Origin: Piromyces finnis finn
Lineage: Eukaryota > Fungi > Neocallimastigomycota
Direction of reading: 5' to 3'
Assembly (NCBI GenBank): GCA_002104945.1
Contig: MCFH01000007.1
Span: 1,054,001-1,118,000 of the forward strand
Length of the DNA stretch: 64,000 bases
Position numbers and translations under genes: made by a program. Under the pieces are notes generated by a model. It saw only the letters and a program-made list of their open reading frames with translations. It was not told the origin of the DNA and did no database searches. This document shows positions 43,436 to 55,133 of the stretch, piece after piece. The stretch's first letter is position 1, and every line of letters starts with the position of its first letter.

Positions 43436-43581
43436 TAGGAATTTATATTAGCGAATAAAAAAAAAGAGTTATGAAGAATATTATATTATGAATATTATTC
43501 CAAAAATATAGGAATTTATATTAGCGAATAAAAAAAAAGAGTTATGAAGAATATTATATTATGAATATTATTCCAAAAATA
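43436..43581. repeat. Perfect 73-bp direct tandem duplication (2 copies), intergenic
   Basis: taggaatttatattagcgaat...ttccaaaaata at 43436-43508 and again at 43509-43581. Confidence 0.92.
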
Positions 43582-43898
43582 AAGATATGTATTTGTAAGC
43601 AAATATAGTATAAAAATGATTTTAAATATTTTCTATAATACTTTTTTTTTTTATTATTATTATTACAATATTACAATTAATAGTCTGTATTCTATTTGAA
43701 TTGATTATTAAATAATAATAATAATAATAATTAGATGAAATATCAATATCAACATATCTAAATAATAACTTTAATTTTTATTATTTATTTATTTATTTAT
43801 TTTGAAAATATTAAATCATTTGAAAAACGAGGTATTAAACTTTTTTTTTTACATATACTGATATTTTGTTAACTAATTATTTACTATTCATTTTTTTT

Positions 43899-44993
43899 TT
43901 AATAATATGTTTTAATATTCTTATTTTGCAAATAATTATAGAGTTGATCATCCATACAATTTCCACAATTAATATCTTCATCCATATTATCATCATCAGA
44001 TGAATAGATATAATTTTCATCATTCTCTTCATCTTCTTTTTCTTCTGTAATAATATCCTCATCTAATTTAAATGGTAAATCTGAAGAAATTGGTGGTGTA
44101 CTATTATTTAATGGGGAGAGAGAGAAATAATTCATGAATGAATTAGCTGGAAGTGAAGTTGATAATTTCATATTATTTTGAGTACGTTTAGAATTAATAT
44201 TAATCCCGAACGTTTGATTGGTGTTTTCAGTAGACATATATTCAAAAGATTTCATTTTGGTTAATTTAGATTCATTACTTGGCCATATTTCATTATTTTT
44301 ATCACCAGTTTTCACGACATTTCGAGTAATAAGACTTTTGTAAAAATGTTGAGCAGCTTGTACGAATTTATTTGACAGTGTGTGTTGATGAGAGTAGAAA
44401 AATTCAGCTTGAAGCTTAGCTCTTAGTTCTTCACTTCTTGTTAGAACACATGAATTACTACCGTTGATATTATTTGAAAGTTCAACAGAAAGAGCGTTCG
44501 TAAGAGCACTTGTATTTGCATTGATATTATTCTTTTCAGAAAATGATTGAGAGAGTGAAGTTTTTTGATTATTTAATTCTATAGAATCTTCTGTTATTTT
44601 CTTATTTCTTTTTTGAGCTAATTTATATTTTTCAATAATTCTTTTATCGAGTTTAGCATCAAAATTTGTTTTTATATTTTTAGCATTAGCATATAATTCT
44701 AAGACAGTCCATTTAGCTTGGGAATGAAGTTTTCCCACACAAAGAGATTGTATAAAATTTATTAAATCTAAAGTTAATAACCATGAAGAATTGTCTTTTA
44801 TAGGTTTTTTTGTTTCAAATGATTGTTCTAGTAAATTATTCTCTTCCTTTAAATTATTTTTTGAAGCTTTTTTCCCTAAATACATATTATATTTTCCAGT
44901 GAGTCCATTTTTAATATTTGAATTTTGGTTTATTTGGTTTAATTTTTGTCTTGTTACAGAATTTGATAAAAATGTTGATTTATAGGAAGACAT
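43899..44993 (-). CDS. Hypothetical protein, 364 aa, intronless, no recognised family
   Basis: Long ORF with higher GC than its flanks and an ATG start. Two non-low-complexity helical blocks and an acidic tail. Confidence 0.7.
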   Translation of the reverse strand: MSSYKSTFLSNSVTRQKLNQINQNSNIKNGLTGKYNMYLGKKASKNNLKEENNLLEQSFETKKPIKDNSSWLLTLDLINFIQSLCVGKLHSQAKWTVLELYANAKNIKTNFDAKLDKRIIEKYKLAQKRNKKITEDSIELNNQKTSLSQSFSEKNNINANTSALTNALSVELSNNINGSNSCVLTRSEELRAKLQAEFFYSHQHTLSNKFVQAAQHFYKSLITRNVVKTGDKNNEIWPSNESKLTKMKSFEYMSTENTNQTFGININSKRTQNNMKLSTSLPANSFMNYFSLSPLNNSTPPISSDLPFKLDEDIITEEKEDEENDENYIYSSDDDNMDEDINCGNCMDDQLYNYLQNKNIKTYY

Positions 44994-46542
44994 TTTTTTA
45001 ATATATATATTTCTTTTTATTTAATATATATATTTGTAAAATTGAATATTAATAATTATAAGTATATATATAATAAAGCCTTTTTTTTTTTTTTTACTTT
45101 TATTTTTATATTTAACTATCTTATAAATATAATTTATTTTTAAATATTATGCTGTAACATTCAATTGTCAATTTTTAATAATTCCTTTTTTTATTTAATA
45201 AAAATGTTATTTATTTTTCTTTTACTCCTAAGTTATTTAATTTAAATAAGAATACTATCTTTTACTAAGATTTATATTTTATTGAAAAAAAAAAGAATAA
45301 CTTTTATTTACAAAGTATTATCAAAATGTTATTATATATTTATTCTTATCAAAGAATATAATATTGTATATATTATATATATGTTATAAATTTAAAGATT
45401 CTTTTTTCAATTGTAAAATGTATTAATTTTTTATAAATTAGAAATAATACCAAAAAAAAAAATTTTATAATTTTATATAATAATTTTTTAAAATATATTA
45501 ATATTTTTTAATATATTCATTATTAAAATAATATATTGAATGAATAAATATAGATTTATAAATAAATAAATTAATAAATATATAAATGAATTGATAATTG
45601 ATATATATCAATAAATGAAAAATAAGTGAATGATTAAGATAAAATAACTTTTAATATCAATTTATAGTTATATTAATGATTGAATAAATTATTGTCATTT
45701 ATTTAAAAAAAATATTTGTTTATTTATATTTACTATAAAACTTTGGAAATATTAAAATAGATATATTATTATATTAAATTTATTTACTTTTTAACTAATC
45801 TTTCAACTTTATTCAATATAAAACATTAAAAGTTATTATATATTAATAAATGGATTTTTTAATTTTTAATATATTTTTTATATCAAAAATATTGAAAATA
45901 AAATATGATCAAATTTTTATTGGAATACCATTTTAAAAATATCTTTGATTTAATAATAATGAATAAATTTATTTTTTTATATTAATATTTATAATTTTAT
46001 AACAACTACATCATCAACTACATCATCAAGGAGGTCATACTTTTTTCAGTTAAAGTAAATCTTTAATTTTTTGTTAAATCATATGTTTGAGTGTTGATTT
46101 GATTAAATGGAATAATATTTAAAAAATTCTTTAATTATTAAATTTATTAATCATATTACTAATTTGGTTAGCGTTTTAAATATATTCTTTTTTTAAAATT
46201 ATATAAAATGCAAAGTGAATATATCTAAATGTAAAATAGTAATAACAACAAAAATAAATAAATAAATAAAACAATATGTGTTAGAATAGGTAAAATATAT
46301 GACATATGTATTGAAATGTATTGAAATATATATATATGTATTGTATGATATATTTAAGCCACAACTTAAATACATAAATCATGTAGTTTGAATATAATGT
46401 AACAATAATAGTTCTTTATCTATACTAATAAAACCTAAATTAAAAACTCTTAATAATAAAATCAGATAGAATAACGGAGGAACAATATTTATATATAATT
46501 ATTTTATTAACATTTTTATTTAAGAATATAAATTATAAAAAA

Positions 46543-46573
<31 letters not shown>

Positions 46574-46766
46574 TAATTTTTTATAAAATATTATATATCC
46601 ATTTAATTATATTATTATTATTATTATTATTTTGACTTTCTTTTATTCATAATGTTTTTCAATTGAAATCTTTCAACTTATTTCAATAATATATAACATT
46701 TATATAATATTTATATGTTACCACTACTTTTCTTTCGTTTAGGAATTATTTAATAAAAAAAAAAGT

Positions 46767-48896
46767 TTACATAACAACTTCGTCATGAACACTACTCTTT
46801 AATTCCTATTTATTATAAATAACAATATAATAATTTAAATAAAAATAAAATATATGTAAATAAATATTATTATCATCACTATTAATATATTACTATTTAA
46901 ATTCACTATTTCTTTATTTCTCTTTTTATTTTACCTTATGTGGAAGAACTAAACAACTTCTAATTACAATTTCATCAGCAACTTTACATTCTTTACCTAA
47001 AATTGAAGCATTCTTAGATTTATCAGCTTGATTTGGCATAACTGGTTCACCTTGTACTCTACTCCAGGAACCAAGCTTAGAATCCCATCCAACAATAGAA
47101 TTCATGACTAAACTATCATTTTTAATTTCAGTACCATCTAAGATAATTGCATTCTTTATTCTAACACCACGTTCAATTATTACACGTGGACCTACAGAAA
47201 CATTTGGTCCTATCTTTGCAGTTGGATGAATTAAAGCAGTTGGATGAATATATACAGGTGGAACTAATTCAAAGTTTTGGTTACGGGATGGAGTATTGAT
47301 TTGATAATTAACACTTGGAATATTAGAATTTTGAGAAGCATCAACAACACATGAACTAGAACGAGTGTGACCTGGTTTTGGTTGCTTGTGAAGATGGTGA
47401 AGGTATAAGTTATTAGCTGGTAAAGCTTGTTCGGCAGTCTTAATTTGCATCCAGAAATCATTTTCCTTTAAAGTGTAAACAAAAAGCTTACCAGTACTAG
47501 CCATTGGACGTAAGATATCTTGTTCAAGTCTAACAACATCTGCATTACCAGATAATTTGTAAATAACGTTACCGTATTCATCTTCTTCATCACGAATTGA
47601 ACGGCGATCTAAAACAGACTTTCTCATTTCTATATTTTTTTTAAAAAAATTATTAATATAAATAAATACTCTTTTAATATATTTTCATATATTAACTTTT
47701 TTTAATTTAGTTTTGTTTTTGGTTTAAGTGATGCTTTAAAATCAAGCTACTTTACTTACCTTCAAAAATACAAGGATCAAATAAATAAACACCACAAGAA
47801 ATTAAATCAGAAACAAAGCTTTGTGGCTTTTCAACATAGTGAGTAACAACACCAGTTTCAGAAGATACTAAACAACCATATCTGTTTGCATCTTCTTTGT
47901 TAACCTATTCGAGTAGTAGTAATAGTAATAATGGTGATAAATTAGTTTGCTATTTATATTATTATAAATATATGTATTTTATTTACCTTAGTTCCCATAA
48001 TAGTAGCTGATCCCTTATGACTTTTGTGATATTGTAAGAACTCATTAAATGGGAATGAACAAGCAATATCAGCATGAACGACAAAGAAATAGTCTGGGTT
48101 ACCAGAGAGGATTTCATCACGGAAATGATATAAACCACCACCAGTACCAAGTGATTGATATTCGCGAAGGTAACTGTTTTTATACAATAAATTAATTATT
48201 TAATAAAAAATGATTTATTAAAAAATATTGAATGAAAATGTTAAATATATATTCCATTTCTATCAAATTATGAATAAATAAATAATTTATATATTAATTA
48301 TAAAATTAAATTACCGGAAGGTAACATGTGGATAGGATAATTGAACTTCTGTTAAGAAACGATTGAAAATTTCATTTTCAAAAAAACCAACTAAAAGAAT
48401 TTCTCTTATAGAATCAACTTTAACAAGAGCATCAATATGATGTCTAATAATTGGTTCACCAGCAATTGGGAAAAGTGGTTTTGGTAAAGACAAAGATAAT
48501 GGTCTGAATCTGGTACCGACTGATGGACCACCAACTAATATAATTGCCTGTAATTAATAAAAAAAAATTTTTTTAGAATTTTAATTGTATAGAAACTATT
48601 TTTTTTCTTTCTCTTCTTCATATAGCTTTTACTTTTACAGATGTATATATTAAATATATATATTTTATTTTATTATTATTATTATTATATGCAATGTTTC
48701 TACAATATATAAAACCTTTTATGTTTAATTTATTTTTTTTAATCAAATGAAATTGTAATACGTTTATAATCATATTTATAAATAATACTACATATTTTTT
48801 ATTTTATATTAAAAAAAAATATGAAAAAGAATAATAAAAGTAGTAGAATTATGATTTTTTTATATATATATATATAATAACCTTTGTCCAGGACAT
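46767..48896 (-). CDS. GMPPA: Mannose-1-phosphate guanyltransferase alpha-type (GMPPA/Mpg2-like), multi-exon
   Basis: MSWTK|AIILVGGPSVGTRFRPLSLSLPKPLFPIAG; LREYQSLGTGGGLYHFRDEIL; HADIACSFP; hexapeptide repeats IHPTALIHPTAKIGPNVSVG; final exon ELKSSVHDEVVM*. Confidence 0.92.
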
Positions 48897-49761
48897 TTTA
48901 AATGCTTTATATGAATATTAGATTATTTTATTTACTTTTAAAATAAAAAATTTATACGTGTTAATTATATTATCAAGTAGATTTTAAAATGCATTTCATT
49001 AATTTATTAATTATGCATTATGATAAACAAAAAGAATTAGTAAAAATACTATTATTATAAGTTTTGAATTAATTATAGATTTTCAATTTTTTTTATTTAA
49101 ATTCAAATTTTAAATTTTTACTTTACCTTTGATTATTATTGTTATTTTTTTTAAAAAAAATAATATATTTTTCTTTTATTTTAAAGGTTAAAATTAAATA
49201 AAATAAATAAATAAAAAATATAATTTTATTCAAAATATAATTTTTTTTTTTTTTTTTTTTTTGATTATATAATATAAATGATTGTTAATGATACATTTTC
49301 TAATTGTTTAAACATTAATGCCAAAACAACGTATACATTATTAATATTTTACATCATCATAATTTAATAAAATGTTGCCTATATTAAAATTTATCCAAAG
49401 GTAAATAATTTAATAATTTACCATAAAAAAAAAAAAAAAGAATAATGGAATAAAATACATAAAATTTTCCATTATATACACTATTGTGAGTTTTAAAAAT
49501 TAAAAAATTTAGAATTAAAATTAAAGACTATTAGCATCTTAAAAAATTAATCCTAATTCTTATTTTTTATTTCTTTCATTAAATCATTTAATTACCTTAA
49601 ATACTTAAATTTTATTTTTTTTTTCGAAAAGTTAAATTTATATAAACATAAAACTACTTTACATCAATAACATTCAATAAGTTATATTGTTGTTTTATTA
49701 TATATAAAAGGAGAAAATTTATATAATTTTAATTTTTAAGTAATAGTATGAAGAAATAATA

Positions 49762-52700
49762 ATGCTATTTTCTAAAAAAATAAATTTTAAAATTATTTTT
49801 AAGTATATGATATGCTTCGTATATATTTTATTTTCTTTCGCAAACACATATGAAATTAATATAAAAAATACTGAAGAAGAACTTGATCAACTATTCTGTA
49901 AAAATAAATATTATGGTTATAAAGAAACTAATTTATATTTTGATGAGGAGATATATATGATTCCTGATAAAGGACAAAATAAGATTAATCTTTTATCTAA
50001 TATTCATTTTATTGGAAAAAATGGCACTGTTTTTGATTTTAATAAAAAAGATTATAGTGGTATTGAATTTACGTTTGAAGGAAAGGGTGAAGGATTATTT
50101 TTTGAAAATATAACATTTAGGAATTTTCTTACATCTCCAATAGAACTTTTATTTGCTATGATTTTTATAATTTCATCAGATTCAAATGATTATCGTGTAA
50201 ATTTTAAAAATTGTACTTTTGAAAATAATAATATGTTTATTTTATCAAGATTTAAAGCTAAAAAAAAAACCAAGGAAATTGATAACATTGTATTTGATAA
50301 TTGTATATTTAGGTATAATATTGAATATTAAAATTATTTATTTATAAATTGTATTAATAAATATACTAATATAATTTATAAAACATATAGAAATAATACA
50401 GATAGATTATTAAAAAGCTATCATGAAGATAAAGAAATACAGACATCATATAATAATATTAAATTTGATAATTGCATTTTTACAGGAACTATTGGATCCA
50501 CATATATTGATAGTGGGATAATAAAATATAATAATTGTTAAGTATTAACAAGGATATATAGTAATATTTAATAATACAACTTAAATATTAATTTTTTATT
50601 TTTTATATATAATAATTAAAAAAAAAAGGTCATTTCATAAATATTTCAGACTCATTAAATACATACTTTAGATACGAGAGTTTAATACTTACGTCAGTTC
50701 AAAAAGAAAATGAGATATATTTTTCTAACTGTATTTTTCAGAATATTTTTCTTAATGGAACTAGACCATATTTCTTTATAAATTTCTCTAAATCACTGTG
50801 AGTATATATATATTTTTTTATATCATTTTGTTTTTATCTGATATTTTATAAATAACATTTTAATATTAAATATTAAAGCATTTCAATGATATACAATCTA
50901 CTATATTATTATTAATTATCATGTACAATAGTTTTGTAGGAAATACTTTTAAAAACTGTCATTCTGAAATAGGTTATATTATCAATGCTTACTATATAGA
51001 CAAATATAATAAATTAACTTTTGATGGATTAACAGTTATTGGTATATTAAAAATTTGAAGTTATATAAATATATGCATATAAAAAAGTCTAATAATATTA
51101 ATAAACTATAAAGATAGTAATATGCTAGTTAGAGGATATGAGAGTTCAGTAGAAATATATAATTCAAACTTTCAAAATATGGTTACAAGAAATTCATATC
51201 CTGCTCTAATGGATTTGAAAGGAAACTCATATGGACTAATAGAAAAATCTAATATAAATTTAATTAAGTATGCATATAATACTTATATAATAATTATTAT
51301 TATAATGAAAATATGCTAAATTAATATCTTCCTTTTTATAAGGTTAAATGGTTGCGGTCTAGTTGATGATGAAGCAAATTATTCATTTAATAAGATAAAT
51401 TTTTTTAAGATTACTACAAGTTCAAAGGCTCTTATAACATCTTATCACAGAAATTTAAAGCTTGAGCATTGTAATTTTAACAATATTATATGCAATGGTG
51501 ATGAAAATTCATCAATTATATATTACGATTCAGAAGATAGTGAAAGATCTTTTAAAATATATAATTCAACTTTTTCAGATTCCACAATAAATGGGCCTTT
51601 AATAAAAATTAAAGGGGATAATAACAATATTGAAATAGAAAAGTTAAAAATAAATAATGTTGTTACGTTTGGACCTTCAATTGAAAATATCTCATTAAAT
51701 GTAATATTATTAAATACAATACACATATAATAAAATTTATTATATTAAATATTTTATTTTAAATATTAATTTTAAAAATGCTTTTGTACACTTACATATA
51801 GTCAATTGGATCAATAAAAAACTGTTCAATTTCAAATACAAAAAATATAAACAAAAACTCATGTGGAATAATCAATTTAAATAATAATATAGATATTTCA
51901 ATAAATAATTCAACCTTTATAGGAAATAATGTTAAATCTAATGGAGGAGTTATGTAAGTAATGAAAATATAATTTGGATAATTTAATTATAAAACTTTTT
52001 TTTCATATTGTATTTTTAAATTGCTATTATTTATTATTAAAACTATAATATTATTAAGTTGTGTAAAAAGTAATAAAAATGTTAAAATTAATATTAATAC
52101 ATCATTATTTGAAGGGAATATCAGTGAAAATGGTGGTGCAATATATATAAATACTAATGAAAGAAACAAAAATAAAAGAAATATGATGAATAAATATAAA
52201 AATAAAAGTCAAAATTATATCAACATAGATAAATGTATTTTTAATAAGAATTCAGCAAATGTATTTGGAGGTGCGATATATTCTACTCTAAAAAATAATA
52301 CATTAAGTAATACTAAATTTTTGTTTAATCATGCATTAAATGCTGGAGGAATATTATATTTATATTATGATGAATTTGAAAATATAGAAAATTCAAAATA
52401 CCTATATGAATTTAATGTATATAAAAGTAATAATACAGCTGGATCATTTGGAAATAATTATACTTCAAACCCATCACAAGTTTTAATTGAAAATGAAAAT
52501 ATTAACAACATTTCTGTAAAAAGTGGTTCAGCAATATTGTTAAATCTAAAAATACTTGATTATTTTAATGAAATTATTAAAGATAAAAATAGATATTTTT
52601 ATGACCTATTTTTTACAGTAAAAGCTGATTTATGGGATAAGTCAACTGACTTCTTTTTGGAAGGTTCACATAATCAATTTAATTATGGTAATTTTAAATA

Positions 52701-54572
52701 AATTATGATTAAAGCATTGTATAAATTTTCTTAATACTTATTTAATTAATAATTCTTATTTAGGAATATGTAATATAACTGAATTAAAATTGTATTCTTT
52801 TCCAAATAGAATATTCTCATTAAACTTTTTTATGGATTTAACGAAATATAATAACATATATTTTAAAAATAATAATATTACTGTTAAAATAAAGGAATGT
52901 GATAAATCTGAAATTTCTATTACAAATTATGGTATACCACATTGTGAAAAGCCAATATGCGATTGTACAAAATATAATGAAACTAATGTGATTTGTTCCA
53001 AAGGTCAAAATAATATTAATAATTATAAAGAAAATAAATGTGTATGCATTAATGGCTATAACGGTGAAACTTGTAATGATATGATTATATACGATATAAG
53101 GTATTTATTAAAATAATATAAATTTTTATTTAAATTGCAATTCCTAATTTTTTATATATAAATATATTTATATAAATGTTTTTAAAAAAATTAGTAAAAT
53201 TAAAATTATTTTAGAGCCCATATTATATTTCTGCATTTTTATTAATGTGATAGCAATAATTTTTATATTATTAAATAAAGAAAAAGCAATTATTAAAGAT
53301 ATGGGGATTTACTCAGATATAATAATTTCATTAGGAATTATATTAATTTTAATAGGTCTATTAAATCTTTTAGAATTTTCGAATTTTGGTTGTTTTATGC
53401 AATTATTTTTAAGACACTATGGATTTTTCTTAATCATAAGTCAATTTTTATACAAGACTGTGAAGTCACTTCAATATGGAATCAATACAGAAAAATATAC
53501 TAATGAAAATAAGTTATTTATTATATTATCAAGATCTAAAAATCTTTTAGAACATTTGGTTGGAATATCAAATTCTGAAATCAAAGATGCCAATAAACTT
53601 TATAATAATGAATTTGGAATATTACCAAAAACGCTTAAATTATCACAAATATATTCAGTAAATAATAATATTAATTCAGACACATCATCTGATATTAATA
53701 ATAAGCATATATCATTTTTAAATGAATATTTAAGAAAAAATAGTTTATCAGAAGTATCATCACTGGAAGGTTCTAAAACTACATATATTGATATAAAAAA
53801 ATATGTAAAAAGAACATACAACAATGATTTTAATAAATATTTTTCAAAAGTATGTTTAATATTTTATTTAAATTTTATTATTTCGATATCGCTGTTAGTA
53901 TTATTCTTTTTATGCTATAGTGTATTTGAAATAATTAGAATGGATAGTCAACTAATAAATAATAGCTGGATTAATTATTGCAATGAAAGCTTAATAGTAA
54001 GAAATATATATTTTGCAGAATGTATCGGAGTGTTATTTCTATTACTAAAATTAAGAAAAATTGTTGATTATGTCTTGGTATTTTCAGAAATTCATTGCAT
54101 ACTAATAATCACTTTAATATGGATTTTCTTAGGACCATTAATTAATGTATTTAAAACATTAACATATAAAATTTTAAATATTACTCATTATATAAACTTA
54201 TTATTATTTTTATTATTATAACTATAGCTACTTTCATTGTTACTATTATTTCAATCGCCAGTTATAAAAATTTATTTTGAAACTATTTCATCAATAATTT
54301 GCTATGAAACTATATTTATCATTTTTTTCGGTAATAAAATAAACATAATCATTAAGGGTTTTGGAAATGAAAGATCAAAATATGTAAAATTCTTCAAATA
54401 TGATATATGTGATGATCATGGTTCATATTTATGCAAATGTTCAACTTCGCTTAAAACAACTATAACACAGAATGATAAACTACTAATAGATAATTATATT
54501 ACTATTTTAAACTGTATATTATGTATAAAATATTTTATCAAAAGAAAATCAATTTTAAATAAAGTAATTTAA
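49762..54572 (+). CDS. Putative class-C-like 7TM receptor with a large beta-helix (pectin-lyase-like/Pmp-repeat) ectodomain and EGF-like module, multi-exon
   Basis: Signal peptide; repeated FxN/FxxN and GGA(I/V) motifs (FEGNISENGGAIY, FNKNSANVFGGAIY, FNHALNAGGILY); EGF-like CVCINGYNGETC; seven hydrophobic segments from about 53200 to 54340 with class-C-like NKEKAIIKD, VFSEIHC and FFGNKI. The introns I checked (about 51.7-54.2 kb) join in frame. Confidence 0.8.
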
Positions 54573-55133
54573 AATAATGAAGAACATTGATTAATTAAAT
54601 GAAAAAAATAAAATAAAAATAAAAAAAAAAAATAAATAAAATAAAAAATAAAAAAATTAAATAATAAAAAACATTTTAAGATTTTTAATAATTATATTTT
54701 TAATAATCTATTATTGATGATAAATAAATATATTTAATTATTTTATAATTTTGATATCAATATTTTATTGTATTATATTGTTGATAATTTATAATACATT
54801 AAATATTTATTATGAAGAACTTTAATTAGTAGGATACTATTAAATACCATTAATGTCATTATTTTATTTAATGCTTTATATTTTATAATTCTATCTAAAA
54901 TCTATATTAAATTTGTTATAATAAATATATTTAAGTATCTTAAATACTATTTCAATATTCAATCTTATATTCTTAATAACAAAATACTATTTTAAAAATA
55001 GATTTTACCTATAGAACATAGAAAATAAACAATAATGTATTACCTATATTTATTTATTTATTAATATTATTAATTGTTATAATTCAAATATTAAAAAATA
55101 ATCAACATATTATATTTTTAAAATATAATAAAT

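Noticed and set aside
46000-46110. Possible box C/D snoRNA (TGATGA x2 and CTGA on the minus strand)
   Set aside because: The boxes are in the wrong order and spacing, there is no terminal stem or recognisable guide, and the TGATGA pair is a short local duplication.
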